64,000 bases of DNA from Anaerovoracaceae bacterium. Its GTDB lineage: Bacteria; Bacillota; Clostridia; Peptostreptococcales; Anaerovoracaceae. The translations under genes were made by a program, and so were the position numbers. Shown in pieces: positions 54,426 through 64,000 of this stretch (position 1 is its first letter; each line of letters starts with the position of its first letter). Where the stretch lies: assembly GCA_045604065.1 (NCBI GenBank), contig JAZUNH010000059.1, positions 37,216 to 101,215 of the forward strand. The letters run 5' to 3'. Under the pieces are notes generated by a model that was given only the letters and a program-made list of their open reading frames with translations, made no database searches and had not been told where the DNA came from.

Positions 54426-55742
54426 TTGGGGATAAAAGTAGCGAAATTCGGAGGATCGTCCGTAGCAGACGGCATACAGCTCGAGAAGATGAGAAAGATC
54501 ATCTCGAGCGATCCTGAGAGAAGATATATCGTAGTGTCGGCGCCGGGAAAGCGCTTCGAGGGTGACAACAAGATCACGGACCTTCTTTTCCTCTGCCTCA
54601 CGCAGATGGAGAACAACATCCCGTGCGACCAGATATTCCAGGTCGTATGCGACAGGTTCACGGCTGTCAAGCTGAATCTCGATATCGATATCGACCTCAC
54701 GGAGGACTTCGACGAGATCAGAGAGAGGATGAGCAACGGCGCTCCGGCGGACTATGTGGTCAGCAGGGGCGAGTATCTCTCGGCGAAGATCGTCGCGGCC
54801 TATATTGGATATGACTTCGTCGACACGGAGAATCTGATCATGTTCGACAGGCGCGGACGCGTGATGATCGAAGAGACAGACGCCAGGCTCTCAGCGGAGC
54901 TGGCAAAGCATGAGCATGCCGTGCTTCCGGGATTCTACGGCACTAACATGGAGACGGGCGAGATCAAGACGTTCTCAAGAGGCGGATCTGACATAACAGG
55001 GTCTTTCGTTGCCCGGGCGGTCAAGGCGGACGTATATGAGAACTGGACTGACGTTTCCGGATTCCTCATGGCGGACCCGAGGATCGTCAAGGGCGCAAAG
55101 CCTATCGGCAACATCTCTTACATGGAGCTCCGCGAGCTTTCATACATGGGAGCATCCGTGCTTCATGAGGACGCGATATATCCTGTAAGGCTCGTGGGCA
55201 TCCCTATCAACATCAGGAACACCAACAAGCCTGACGACATGGGGACTGTCATCACAGCAGAGCACGATCCTTCCGACAAGAGAGTAATTACAGGCATCGC
55301 GGGCAACAGGGACTTTACCGTAATCGCGATCTACAAGAATACTCTGAATAAGGAGATCGGATTTGTCAGAAGGCTCCTGTCCATCATCGAGGATCACAGG
55401 ATCAACTTCGAGCACATCCCGACCGGCATCGACACAGTGTCGATCATCATCTCGAACAAAGAGATCGAGGGCAAGCTGGATGATGTGATCGAGGATATCC
55501 AGCTGCAGCTCAAGCCGGACAACATCGATGTGTATACCGACATATCGCTGATCGCTACCGTCGGATGCGGAATGAGCTTCCGTCCCGGCGTTTCCGCGAC
55601 ACTGTTCGACGCTCTCGCGAAGAGCGGCATCAATATCCGTATGATCGACCAGGGGTCGAGCGAGATGAACATAATCATCGGGGTCGCGAACAAAGACTTC
55701 GAGACCGCGATCAGGACGATCTACGAGGCGTTCAATAAGTAG
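54426..55742 (+). CDS. lysC: Aspartate kinase
   Basis: KVAKFGGSSVAD, VVSAPGKR, SRGEYLSA, FSRGGSDITG, WTDV.G..ADPR, two ACT-like domains; TTG start 54426 after an AGGAAGG RBS. Confidence 0.92.
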   Translation: MGIKVAKFGGSSVADGIQLEKMRKIISSDPERRYIVVSAPGKRFEGDNKITDLLFLCLTQMENNIPCDQIFQVVCDRFTAVKLNLDIDIDLTEDFDEIRERMSNGAPADYVVSRGEYLSAKIVAAYIGYDFVDTENLIMFDRRGRVMIEETDARLSAELAKHEHAVLPGFYGTNMETGEIKTFSRGGSDITGSFVARAVKADVYENWTDVSGFLMADPRIVKGAKPIGNISYMELRELSYMGASVLHEDAIYPVRLVGIPINIRNTNKPDDMGTVITAEHDPSDKRVITGIAGNRDFTVIAIYKNTLNKEIGFVRRLLSIIEDHRINFEHIPTGIDTVSIIISNKEIEGKLDDVIEDIQLQLKPDNIDVYTDISLIATVGCGMSFRPGVSATLFDALAKSGINIRMIDQGSSEMNIIIGVANKDFETAIRTIYEAFNK

Positions 55743-55765
55743 AGCAGAAGACATATGCAATAGGC

Positions 55766-55799
55766 CGGGAGGAGCGTTGGCTCCTCCCGATTTTGTTTT
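55766..55799 (+). terminator. Intrinsic terminator
   Basis: CGGGAGGAGC-GTTG-GCTCCTCCCG followed by ATTTTGTTTT. Confidence 0.85.
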
Positions 55800-55858
55800 A
55801 CGAGAGCCTCATATTTTGATATAATCTTGGTAGTACAAAGCACTGAAAGGCGGGGCGG

Positions 55859-57664
55859 ATGAAGAATCTGTTCGGTAATCTGAAAAAATACAAGCTGGAA
55901 ACGTTTGTCATATTCCTGTTCCTCATGCTTCAGGCGTTCTGCGATCTCGCGCTTCCGAGATATACGCAGGACATCATTGACGTGGGGATAATCAGGAAAG
56001 GCTTTCCGGACGGCGTCCCTGAAGGGATCACACAGGCAGAGATAGACAGCGTGCAGAGCGAGTACCTCTGGACGGCAGGCGGCAAGATGCTCGTCATGGC
56101 GCTCGGCATGTTCTTCGCGTCTGCTGTAGTGGCGTATATAGCGTCAAAAGTAGGCGCCGAGATAGGGCGCGATCTGAGGAGCAGAGTCTTTGCGCGGGTC
56201 ATCAGCTATTCGAGCGCTGAGATGGACAGGTTTTCCACGGCGTCGCTCATAACAAGATGCACTAACGACGTCCAGCAGGTGCAGCTCGTCATGACTATGA
56301 TACTTAGGATGCTGCTTTACGCGCCGGTGATGGGAGTATGGGGCATATTCAACGTAGCCAGGACGGGGTCCGGGATGGAGTGGATCATAGCGCTCGCAGT
56401 ACTCATGGTAGTGGGACTCGTATCGATCATGATGTCTGTCACCATACCGAGATTCAAGAAGATGCAGGAGCTGGTCGACGCCCTGAACAGGGTCTCAAGA
56501 GAGATCCTGACCGGCCTTTCCGTGATCAGGGCGTTCGGGTCCGAGAAGATGGAAGAGGAGCGGTTCGACAGGGCGAACAGAGACCTTACCGGTACGCAGC
56601 TCTTCACATCCAGGGTGATGACAATGATGCAGCCCGGTATGATGCTGATCATGAACGGTCTCGTCGTTGTGATAACGTGGACGGCCGCGCACAGGATAGA
56701 CGACGGCGTGATGCAGGTCGGTCAGATGACGGCGTTCATCACATACTCCATGATGATAGTGATCTCGTTCCTGATGATGAGCATAATGTCGATCCTGCTT
56801 CCGAGAGCTGGAGTCGCGGCTGACAGGATACAGGAGATACTTGATACAGAGCCGTCCATAACAGAGAAGGATGAGCCGTCTCATATGGCGGAGAGAGGCG
56901 GCAGGGTCGTGTTCAGCCACGTCGGCTTCAGATATCCCGGCGCGGAGGAGAACGCGCTGTATGACATAGACTTTACGGCGGATGCCGGCAGAACGACGGC
57001 CGTCATAGGAAGTACGGGGTGCGGGAAGAGCACTCTCGTGCATCTCATCCCGAGATTCTACGATGTAACAGAGGGAAGCATAACGTTCAACGGAACAGAC
57101 GTGAGAGACTTGAGGCTGAAAGAGCTGAGAAGCGCTATAGGCTTTGTGCCTCAGAAGGGAGTGCTTTTCTCGGGGACGATAGCGGACAACCTCAGGTTCG
57201 GGAAAGAGGACGCCTCTGACGAAGACATACGGGAGGCTGCGGACATAGCGCAGGCTTCGGGATTCATATCCGAGAATGAAGACGGAATGGAGAGGATGGT
57301 GTCCCAGGGCGGAAGCAACGTGTCGGGAGGGCAGAAGCAGCGCCTTGCGATAGCGAGGGCGATAGCGAAAAAGCCTGATCTCCTAGTGTTCGACGACAGC
57401 TTCTCGGCGCTCGACATGAAGACGGACGCCGCGCTCAGGAAAGCCCTTGAGGAAAAGCTCGCCGGTGTGACTAAGATAATAGTGGCGCAGAGGATAAGCA
57501 CCATAGTCCACGCTGACAGGATAATAGTGCTTGAAGAAGGAAGGATAGCGGGACAGGGCACCCACCGGGAGCTCATGAAGTCCTGCGGGGTATACAGAGA
57601 GATCGCGGAATCACAGCTCTCCGGTAAAGAGCTCGCCGCCCTTGAGGAAGGGGGTGAGTCCTGA
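55859..57664 (+). CDS. ABC exporter subunit (TMD+NBD), degenerate Walker B
   Basis: GSTGCGKST, VSGGQKQRL, LVFDDSFSALD; N-terminal TM domain. Confidence 0.93.
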   Translation: MKNLFGNLKKYKLETFVIFLFLMLQAFCDLALPRYTQDIIDVGIIRKGFPDGVPEGITQAEIDSVQSEYLWTAGGKMLVMALGMFFASAVVAYIASKVGAEIGRDLRSRVFARVISYSSAEMDRFSTASLITRCTNDVQQVQLVMTMILRMLLYAPVMGVWGIFNVARTGSGMEWIIALAVLMVVGLVSIMMSVTIPRFKKMQELVDALNRVSREILTGLSVIRAFGSEKMEEERFDRANRDLTGTQLFTSRVMTMMQPGMMLIMNGLVVVITWTAAHRIDDGVMQVGQMTAFITYSMMIVISFLMMSIMSILLPRAGVAADRIQEILDTEPSITEKDEPSHMAERGGRVVFSHVGFRYPGAEENALYDIDFTADAGRTTAVIGSTGCGKSTLVHLIPRFYDVTEGSITFNGTDVRDLRLKELRSAIGFVPQKGVLFSGTIADNLRFGKEDASDEDIREAADIAQASGFISENEDGMERMVSQGGSNVSGGQKQRLAIARAIAKKPDLLVFDDSFSALDMKTDAALRKALEEKLAGVTKIIVAQRISTIVHADRIIVLEEGRIAGQGTHRELMKSCGVYREIAESQLSGKELAALEEGGES

Positions 57665-59574
57665 TGGAAGATGAAAAGAACGGGATCAGGAAGCCGCCTC
57701 AGGTAGCTATGAGCAGAGGACCGGGAGCGGGGATCGCCCCGGGCGAGAAGCCTAAGGATCTCGGCACGGCCATATGGAAGCTCATAAGATACATGGGCAG
57801 CGCGAGATACGCCGTGCTCGTTTCGATGCTGTTCGCCGCGGGCGGAACGGTGTTCCAGGTGGCGGGGCCTAAGATCATGGGGACCGCCACGACAGAGCTC
57901 GCGAACGGGCTCATCGCCAAGATGCAGGGAGCAGGCGGCATCGACTTCGATAAGATCTGGAGCATCCTCATGCTCACGCTTGTGATATACGTCGCGGCCA
58001 GCGTGCTCAATATGATACAGGCGCAGATCATGGCGGTGGTCACGCAGAAGCTGGGATACAGGATGAGGCGCGAGATCTCAGAGAAGATCAACAGGATGCC
58101 GATGAAATACTTTGAGAGCAGGCCTTACGGAGACGTTCTTTCCAGGATAACGAACGACGTCGACACGTTCACGCAGAGCCTGTCGCAGAGCGTCGCGATG
58201 ATAATAACTTCAGTCACGACCATCGCGGGCACGTTCATAATGATGCTGACGATATCACCGCTCATGACAGCTGTCGCGCTCGTCATACTGCCGGTGTCCG
58301 GGATCTTCGTCAGCCTGCTCGTCAGGCTCTCCCAGAAGCACTTCAGGACACAGCAGGAATATCTCGGCAGCCTTAACGGCAAGGTCGAGGAGGACTTTTC
58401 GGGTCAGCTCGTGATCAAAGCCTTCGGCATGGAAGACGGCATGATGAAAAGCTTCGATAAAGACAACGATGTGCTTTACAGCTCGGCATGGAAGGCTCAG
58501 TTCATATCGGGACTCATGCAGCCTGTCATGTTCTTTGTCGGGAACATGGGATACGCGGGAGTAGCTATCTCGGGCGGGTTCCTCGCGATCAGGGGTACCA
58601 TCGGGATCGGTGACATCCAGGCGTTCATACAGTATGTGAAGAACTTCACCCAGCCGCTGCAGCAGATAGCGCAGGTGATGAACCAGATACAGTCCATGTC
58701 AGCTGCTGTCGAGAGAGTGTTCGAGTTCCTCGAAGAGGAAGAAGAGGACGGGAAGACGTCTCCTGCGGGAGGACGCGAGCTCACCGCTTCAGAGAAGCTT
58801 GCCGACGCGGTCACTAAGGTCAAGAGCCAGGTCATGAACACCGTGACGAAGGGCGCTGTCACGTTCGAGCACGTGAGGTTCGGATACGATCCCGGAAAGC
58901 CTGTCATACACGACTTCTCGGCGGAGGTGAAGCCGGGGCAGAAGGTCGCGATCGTAGGGCCGACGGGCGCTGGAAAGACCACAGTGGTCAAGCTTCTGAT
59001 GCGCTTCTACGACGTAGACGCGGGAGCGATAAAGCTGGACGGAGTCGATATAAGAGATTACGACAGGCACGCTCTCCGCGAGAACTTCGGCATGGTCCTT
59101 CAGGACACATGGCTCTACGCGGCGTCGATAAAGGACAACATAAGATACGGAAGGCCTGACGCTTCGGACGAGGAAGTAGAGGAAGCGGCGAAAGCCGCGC
59201 ATATCCATCACTTCATCCAGGCGCTGCCGGGAGGATACGACATGGAGCTGAATGAAGAGGGCTCTAACGTATCCGCGGGCCAGAAGCAGCTTATCACCAT
59301 TGCGAGGGCGATCCTTGCGGACAACAGGGTGCTGATACTGGACGAGGCGACGTCATCTGTGGATACCCGTACAGAAGAGCTCATACAGAAAGCAATGGAC
59401 AACCTTATGGAGGGAAGGACGAGCTTCGTCATAGCGCACAGGCTTTCCACAATAAGGAACGCGGACATGATACTCGTCATGGATCACGGCGACATAGTCG
59501 AGCAGGGGACGCACGAGGAGCTGCTGGCTAAGGGCGGCTTCTACGCCGGGCTCTACAATTCGCAGTTCGGCTGA
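57664..59574 (+). CDS. ABC exporter partner subunit (TMD+NBD)
   Basis: GPTGAGKTT, VSAGQKQL, ILDEATSSVD, IAHRLST; together with the previous gene forms a TM287/288-like heterodimer. Confidence 0.93.
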   Translation: MEDEKNGIRKPPQVAMSRGPGAGIAPGEKPKDLGTAIWKLIRYMGSARYAVLVSMLFAAGGTVFQVAGPKIMGTATTELANGLIAKMQGAGGIDFDKIWSILMLTLVIYVAASVLNMIQAQIMAVVTQKLGYRMRREISEKINRMPMKYFESRPYGDVLSRITNDVDTFTQSLSQSVAMIITSVTTIAGTFIMMLTISPLMTAVALVILPVSGIFVSLLVRLSQKHFRTQQEYLGSLNGKVEEDFSGQLVIKAFGMEDGMMKSFDKDNDVLYSSAWKAQFISGLMQPVMFFVGNMGYAGVAISGGFLAIRGTIGIGDIQAFIQYVKNFTQPLQQIAQVMNQIQSMSAAVERVFEFLEEEEEDGKTSPAGGRELTASEKLADAVTKVKSQVMNTVTKGAVTFEHVRFGYDPGKPVIHDFSAEVKPGQKVAIVGPTGAGKTTVVKLLMRFYDVDAGAIKLDGVDIRDYDRHALRENFGMVLQDTWLYAASIKDNIRYGRPDASDEEVEEAAKAAHIHHFIQALPGGYDMELNEEGSNVSAGQKQLITIARAILADNRVLILDEATSSVDTRTEELIQKAMDNLMEGRTSFVIAHRLSTIRNADMILVMDHGDIVEQGTHEELLAKGGFYAGLYNSQFG

Positions 59575-59672
59575 TGCCGGGGAGGAGTGTTTCATTCCTT
59601 GGCGATTTACAATTATTACCTTTATATGGTAAAATAAATAAGATATTTGCAGAATCAGTGAGGTGGCATGGA

Positions 59673-60296
59673 ATGAAGAAACTGGTCACGATAAGCAGAG
59701 AGTACGGAAGCGGCGGAAGAGTCGTCGGAAAGCTTCTCGCGGAGAAGCTTGGCGTTCCTCTGTATCATAAGGAGATAATCGAGATGGCCGCTAATGAGAG
59801 CGGTCTTTCTCCAGAAGTCATCGAGAGCGCTGAGCTGGCCGCGAAAAGCAGCTTCTCATACACTCTCTCATCCGCGGTAAGCTTCGGCGAAGGCTTTGGA
59901 GGCGAGGCGATCTCCATGAACGAGAAGCTTTTCCTTGCGCAGTTCGACGTGATAACCGAGATCGGCGCGAAGGGTCAGGGCGTGATCGTCGGGAGATGCG
60001 CGGACTATGTCCTCAGGGACGATCCGGACGTGATCAATGTATTTATCTACGGCGAGAAAGAGGATAAAATCAGGCGCTGCATCGAGGAATACGGCGACAG
60101 CGAGGATGAAGTCGAGAAGAAGATGCAGACGTACGACAAGGCCCGCCGCAACTACTATAACTACCACACTTCAAGGAAATGGGGAGACTACAGGAACTAT
60201 GATCTCGCCATAAACTCAAGCCTGGTCGGAGAACAGGGCGCGGCAGACGTCATTTACGCATATCTCGCCGCGAGGGATAATTCTCAGAGTCTTTAG
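59673..60296 (+). CDS. Cytidylate kinase-like family protein
   Basis: VTISREYGSGGR, VIVGRCADYVL, D..RRNYYNYHT..KWG...YDL.INSS. Confidence 0.85.
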   Translation: MKKLVTISREYGSGGRVVGKLLAEKLGVPLYHKEIIEMAANESGLSPEVIESAELAAKSSFSYTLSSAVSFGEGFGGEAISMNEKLFLAQFDVITEIGAKGQGVIVGRCADYVLRDDPDVINVFIYGEKEDKIRRCIEEYGDSEDEVEKKMQTYDKARRNYYNYHTSRKWGDYRNYDLAINSSLVGEQGAADVIYAYLAARDNSQSL

Positions 60297-60311
60297 ACAA
60301 GGGGGAACAAA

Positions 60312-60509
60312 ATGAGAACCAGAAGCAGAAAAGAGATCGCTGAAAAAACAGCAAAGATCATCCTTATCACACTCGGTATAGGAGCTGTCGCGGGAGCGGC
60401 GTTCGCTCTCAGCCTCCACGGCATCGTGAAGAAGGTATTCGTAAACGAGAAGTGGCCGGACGAGGAATGGTCCAGCGACGACTGGGCTGAGGAAGAGCTG
60501 GAGAACTAA
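60312..60509 (+). CDS. Small membrane protein with acidic Trp-rich tail
   Basis: AGGGGG RBS; one TM; C-terminus KWPDEEWSSDDWAEEELEN. Confidence 0.75.
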   Translation: MRTRSRKEIAEKTAKIILITLGIGAVAGAAFALSLHGIVKKVFVNEKWPDEEWSSDDWAEEELEN

Positions 60510-60529
60510 GGGTCTTACAGGAGGAATAA

Positions 60530-61642
60530 ATGGACGAAAACAAACTGGAAAACGAACAGGAAAAGCAGGAAAAGCAGGAAGAAAAAGAGCCTGAGCAGAA
60601 CAACATACCGCAGTATCCAGAGCAGGGATACCAGTATCCGCCGAAGAAGAAAAGGTCAAGCTTGATACCCGTCATAGCGATAACGTTCGCTATACTGTTC
60701 CTCTTCGGATCGGTATTCTCGTTCATGATGAGGCTGTTCACATCACCGCTCATAAGCGGCGGGAAGCAGAAGAGCTCCGTCAGCTACAGCGCTCCTTACA
60801 TCGGCGTGCTGACAGTCACCGGGACGATAGAAGGCGACAGCAGCAGCGAGTTTGCGACTCAGTCATATCATCATTCATGGACACTGGAGAAGATAAAAGA
60901 GCTGAAGAACGACAAGAACAACCGCGGCCTCATCATAAGAGTCAACACACCGGGCGGCGGCGTCTACGAGTCCGACGAGCTCTACTTCGCGATAAAGGAC
61001 TATAAGGAATCGACCGGGAGGCCGGTATATTCGTATATGATGTCGCAGGCGACTTCGGGAGGATACTATATCTCCTGCCCATGCGACATGATCTACGCGA
61101 ACAGGAACTGCTGGACGGGCTCGATCGGAGTCACGATCGGAACACTGTATGACATCTCGGGGCTTCTCAAGAAGTACGGCGTCAAGACAGTCACCATAAC
61201 TTCCGGCGACAACAAAGCCATGGGAAGCTCTACGGAAGAGATGACCGACGAGCAGAAGGAGATCTTCCAGAGCCTGGTAGATGAAGCGTACGACCAGTTC
61301 GTGGGCATCGTTGCGGAAGGCCGCAAGATGGACGAGAAGAAAGTCAGGAAGCTCGCGGACGGACGCGTATATACGGCGAAGCAGGCCAAAGAGCACGGGC
61401 TCATCGATGAGATCGCGAGCTATCAGGACATGGTAAAAGACATGAGGAAGCGCTTCGAGCTTGAGAGCGTGAGCGTCAACAACATTGATTACGATGAGGA
61501 CGACTCGCTTCTTTCCAGGCTCCTGAGATCACTGTCCGCAGCCGGAAGGAGCAGCGCGGAAAACGAGCTCAGCGGCCTGAAGGCGCTGATGGAGGAAAAC
61601 GGCAAATTTAAAGTGACATACCTTGCGGAAGTGGAAAGATAG
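60530..61642 (+). CDS. sppA: Signal peptide peptidase SppA (S49)
   Basis: RVNTPGG, ATSGGYYIS, TGSIGV, SGDNK, LADGRVYT...GLIDEI. Confidence 0.93.
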   Translation: MDENKLENEQEKQEKQEEKEPEQNNIPQYPEQGYQYPPKKKRSSLIPVIAITFAILFLFGSVFSFMMRLFTSPLISGGKQKSSVSYSAPYIGVLTVTGTIEGDSSSEFATQSYHHSWTLEKIKELKNDKNNRGLIIRVNTPGGGVYESDELYFAIKDYKESTGRPVYSYMMSQATSGGYYISCPCDMIYANRNCWTGSIGVTIGTLYDISGLLKKYGVKTVTITSGDNKAMGSSTEEMTDEQKEIFQSLVDEAYDQFVGIVAEGRKMDEKKVRKLADGRVYTAKQAKEHGLIDEIASYQDMVKDMRKRFELESVSVNNIDYDEDDSLLSRLLRSLSAAGRSSAENELSGLKALMEENGKFKVTYLAEVER

Positions 61643-61647
61643 CATCA

Positions 61648-62865
61648 ATGAGAATAGCGGTAATAATCGGCACATATACGGCGGCGGGACTGCTGGCAGT
61701 GTTCCTTCTGGATCACTGGCTCTGCTCTGCGTCGCTTAAATACAGAGGAAGCACAGCCTGGAGGGTCATAGTATGCTTCCTCTTCATTTCTGTACTCTCG
61801 ATACCTGTGCTCGGCACATATGTGTCGTCTGAGTACTACAGATACATACTGAACAGAGCGAGCTACGTACTGATGGGATACCTTATGTATTTCGGAGGTA
61901 TGCTCCTCATCGCGACGATAATAAAGGGTATCGTTTGGATATTCAGGCATAAGAAGGCGGACAGCGGGGAGAGCGGCGCGTGGAGAACGGCGTCCGCTCT
62001 GGTGCTCGCGGCCATCATTGCGGTTACGATAGCGCTGAACGTCTACGGCACGTTCCACGCGAAGGATACGGTGGTAACCAACTACGGCGTGACGATCGAT
62101 AAAGAAGTCAAGAAGATGAAGAGGCTGAGAGTGGCGCATATCTCCGATCTTCACCTTTCGTACAATTCGGATGAAAAAATGATCCGGAGGATGGTCGAAA
62201 AAGTCAACGCACAGAAGCCGGACGTCGTCTTTGTGACGGGAGACATGTTCACGTCGTGCTACGGCTCGCTGAAGGACCCGAAGCACTACATCAGGATACT
62301 GAAGAAGATCAAAGCGAAAGAAGGCGTATTCTGGGTATACGGCAACCACGACGTCGAGGAGCCGCTCTTCTGCGGATTCGGTCTGGAGCCTCCTGAGAAC
62401 GCCATCCGGACAAAGAAGATCGAAAGGTTCATAAAGAGGTCCGGCATGACGATCCTGGACGACGAATGCACCGCGATAGCGGGAGGAGAAGTCCAGATCG
62501 TAGGAAGAAAAGACCTTCTTAAGCCGGGCGGAGGCAATGACAGCGCGATGCCTGTTAACGAACTCATGGACGACCTGGACAGAGCCAAGCCTATTCTCGC
62601 TCTCGTGCACGAGCCCGTAGGATATAAGGAGCTGTCTGAGAACGGCGCGGACATAGCCTTCTCAGGACATACACATAACGGCCAGGTGTTCCCGGGCAAC
62701 ATCCTTACCAGGTTCTGGAACGACATGGTATACGGGATGGAGAAGAGATCCGGTATGTGGGCCGAGGTCACGTCGGGAGTGGGGTTTTACGGGCCGCCGC
62801 TCAGGATAGGGACCGACAGCGAGATAGCTGTAATAGATATAACATTCAATGGACAGAAGGAATAG
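61648..62865 (+). CDS. Membrane-anchored metallophosphoesterase (YkuE-like)
   Basis: HISDLH, TGD, VYGNHD, HEP, SGHTHNGQ, GPPLRIGT; N-terminal TMs. Confidence 0.92.
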   Translation: MRIAVIIGTYTAAGLLAVFLLDHWLCSASLKYRGSTAWRVIVCFLFISVLSIPVLGTYVSSEYYRYILNRASYVLMGYLMYFGGMLLIATIIKGIVWIFRHKKADSGESGAWRTASALVLAAIIAVTIALNVYGTFHAKDTVVTNYGVTIDKEVKKMKRLRVAHISDLHLSYNSDEKMIRRMVEKVNAQKPDVVFVTGDMFTSCYGSLKDPKHYIRILKKIKAKEGVFWVYGNHDVEEPLFCGFGLEPPENAIRTKKIERFIKRSGMTILDDECTAIAGGEVQIVGRKDLLKPGGGNDSAMPVNELMDDLDRAKPILALVHEPVGYKELSENGADIAFSGHTHNGQVFPGNILTRFWNDMVYGMEKRSGMWAEVTSGVGFYGPPLRIGTDSEIAVIDITFNGQKE

Positions 62866-62868
62866 GCG

Positions 62869-64000
62869 ATGAAAGAGAAAAGGCAGAAGCATGATTGGGA
62901 CAGAAAAGCGGCGAAGCGGAAATCGCATAATGTCGTAAGGTCGCATTATGTGTTTCTGCTGTTCATATGCCTTGTCCTGATGTTCGTGGGACTTGAGTAC
63001 AATCAGTCGACCGCGATCTTTGATGAGTTCAGCAGCACCGAGCAGATCAATTCGATCGCCTCGGGAGCGATCGTAACGGAAAGAGCCACCGACGTGTTCG
63101 ACGATATGCTTAACGGCAGATACAGTACCGCGGACAAAAGAGCCGAAAAGAAAGTAGAGAAGTACCGGAAGGACACAAAGAAAGGCGATGTCCTCGGAAG
63201 GTCGAGAGGCGCCTTCGCATCGCTCGTGAACAGCATCTCTTCAGGGCAGCTGTACGTCCAGCTGGCGCTCGCGCTGAAGAACCTGTCGCATTCCAAAGAT
63301 GTGGCGACAGTGGTGCTCATCCTGCTCTTCTCCATGGTGTTCTTAAGCATAAGTATATTCATAAAGATCCCGATAACGGCGGTCGTGAGGAGGATCTTCC
63401 TCGAGGCAAGGACATATAAAAAGGTGCCGGTCCACGACGCGGTGTTCATCCAGTCGACACACAGGTGGTTCAGGGTATGCCGGGTCCTCATCCTTGATTA
63501 CATAGTCGAGACCCTTCTCTGGTTCACGATCATAGGCGGCATATGGGCGTACTTCACTTATGCCATGGTTCCGTATATCGTGGCGGAGAACCCTGACATC
63601 AAGCCGCTCGAGGCAATGAGGCTGTCCAGAAGGATGATGAAGGGCCACAGATGGGAGTACTTCGTTCTCAACGTGACGTTCATACCATGGTATCTGCTCG
63701 CGGCATTCACGATCGGAGTGTCTGACATGCTGTACGCGGTGCCGTACAGGATCGCCGTATACACCGAGTACTACACACACCTCAGGGAATGCGCGAAGCT
63801 CGATAAAGTAGAGGGAGCGGACCGCCTTAACGACGCCTGCCTGTTCGAGCATGCCCCTGCGGAAGAAGTGCATGAGGCGTATAAGGACATCAAGTCCGTA
63901 AAGGAATACACCGACACGCACCACGTGGAGCTCAAGAGCTGGCAGAAATTCTTCATTAAAAACTTCGGCGTATGGCTCGGAAGCACCGCTGAGAAGAACG
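62869..64000 (+). CDS. DUF975-like membrane protein, 3'-truncated by the window edge
   Basis: Frame open from ATG 62869 to the end (MKEKRQKHDWDRKAAK...). LLWFTIIGGIWAYFTYAMVPYIVAENPDI...AMRLSRRMMKGHRWEYF resembles DUF975. Confidence 0.8.
   Translation, partial: MKEKRQKHDWDRKAAKRKSHNVVRSHYVFLLFICLVLMFVGLEYNQSTAIFDEFSSTEQINSIASGAIVTERATDVFDDMLNGRYSTADKRAEKKVEKYRKDTKKGDVLGRSRGAFASLVNSISSGQLYVQLALALKNLSHSKDVATVVLILLFSMVFLSISIFIKIPITAVVRRIFLEARTYKKVPVHDAVFIQSTHRWFRVCRVLILDYIVETLLWFTIIGGIWAYFTYAMVPYIVAENPDIKPLEAMRLSRRMMKGHRWEYFVLNVTFIPWYLLAAFTIGVSDMLYAVPYRIAVYTEYYTHLRECAKLDKVEGADRLNDACLFEHAPAEEVHEAYKDIKSVKEYTDTHHVELKSWQKFFIKNFGVWLGSTAEKN

Noticed and set aside
55859-59574. Degenerate ABC motifs (DD Walker B, SAGQ signature) as pseudogenisation
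   Set aside because: This asymmetry is the normal feature of heterodimeric exporters with one degenerate nucleotide site.

Overview
A 64-kb, GC-rich, mostly + strand chromosomal segment from an anaerobic Firmicute. Gene content suggests Clostridia, possibly Anaerovoracaceae/Family XIII-like gut or rumen bacteria; this is an inference. Most of it is housekeeping: serS, glnS, cca, truA, rluB, an AlaX-like editing protein, glutamine synthetase, cls, thiolase, sirtuin, surE, scpAB, aroK, mtnA, metK with a SAM-I riboswitch plus aspartate kinase, a heterodimeric ABC exporter, sppA, and the SCIFF ranthipeptide pair scfA/scfB. The window opens inside a giant repetitive surface protein (513/516-bp repeat period) ending in a three-helix membrane anchor without LPXTG, and ends inside a DUF975-like gene. 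No rRNA, tRNA, CRISPR array, transposase or integrase was seen. The most interesting signals are: (1) an AT-rich islet carrying a stand-alone HipA-like kinase with an extra N-terminal domain, whose promoter is bracketed by three perfect copies of a 10-bp motif (candidate self-regulated toxin/defence kinase); (2) an overlapping gene pair of apparent pseudoenzymes, an orphan RnfD-like protein and an HD-hydrolase-like/SseB fusion lacking the HD motif; (3) a MocR/PdxR regulator lacking the PLP Schiff-base lysine, divergent from a B6-type ECF S-component; (4) an intergenic region with four DnaA boxes and two LexA-like boxes over a putative antisense promoter; (5) a 286-bp intergenic element bounded by 12-bp direct repeats and carrying twin 44-bp palindromic units; (6) a beta-clamp-like QMSLF motif inserted in the CCA-adding enzyme. 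All family calls come from motif recognition by eye; no database searches were run.
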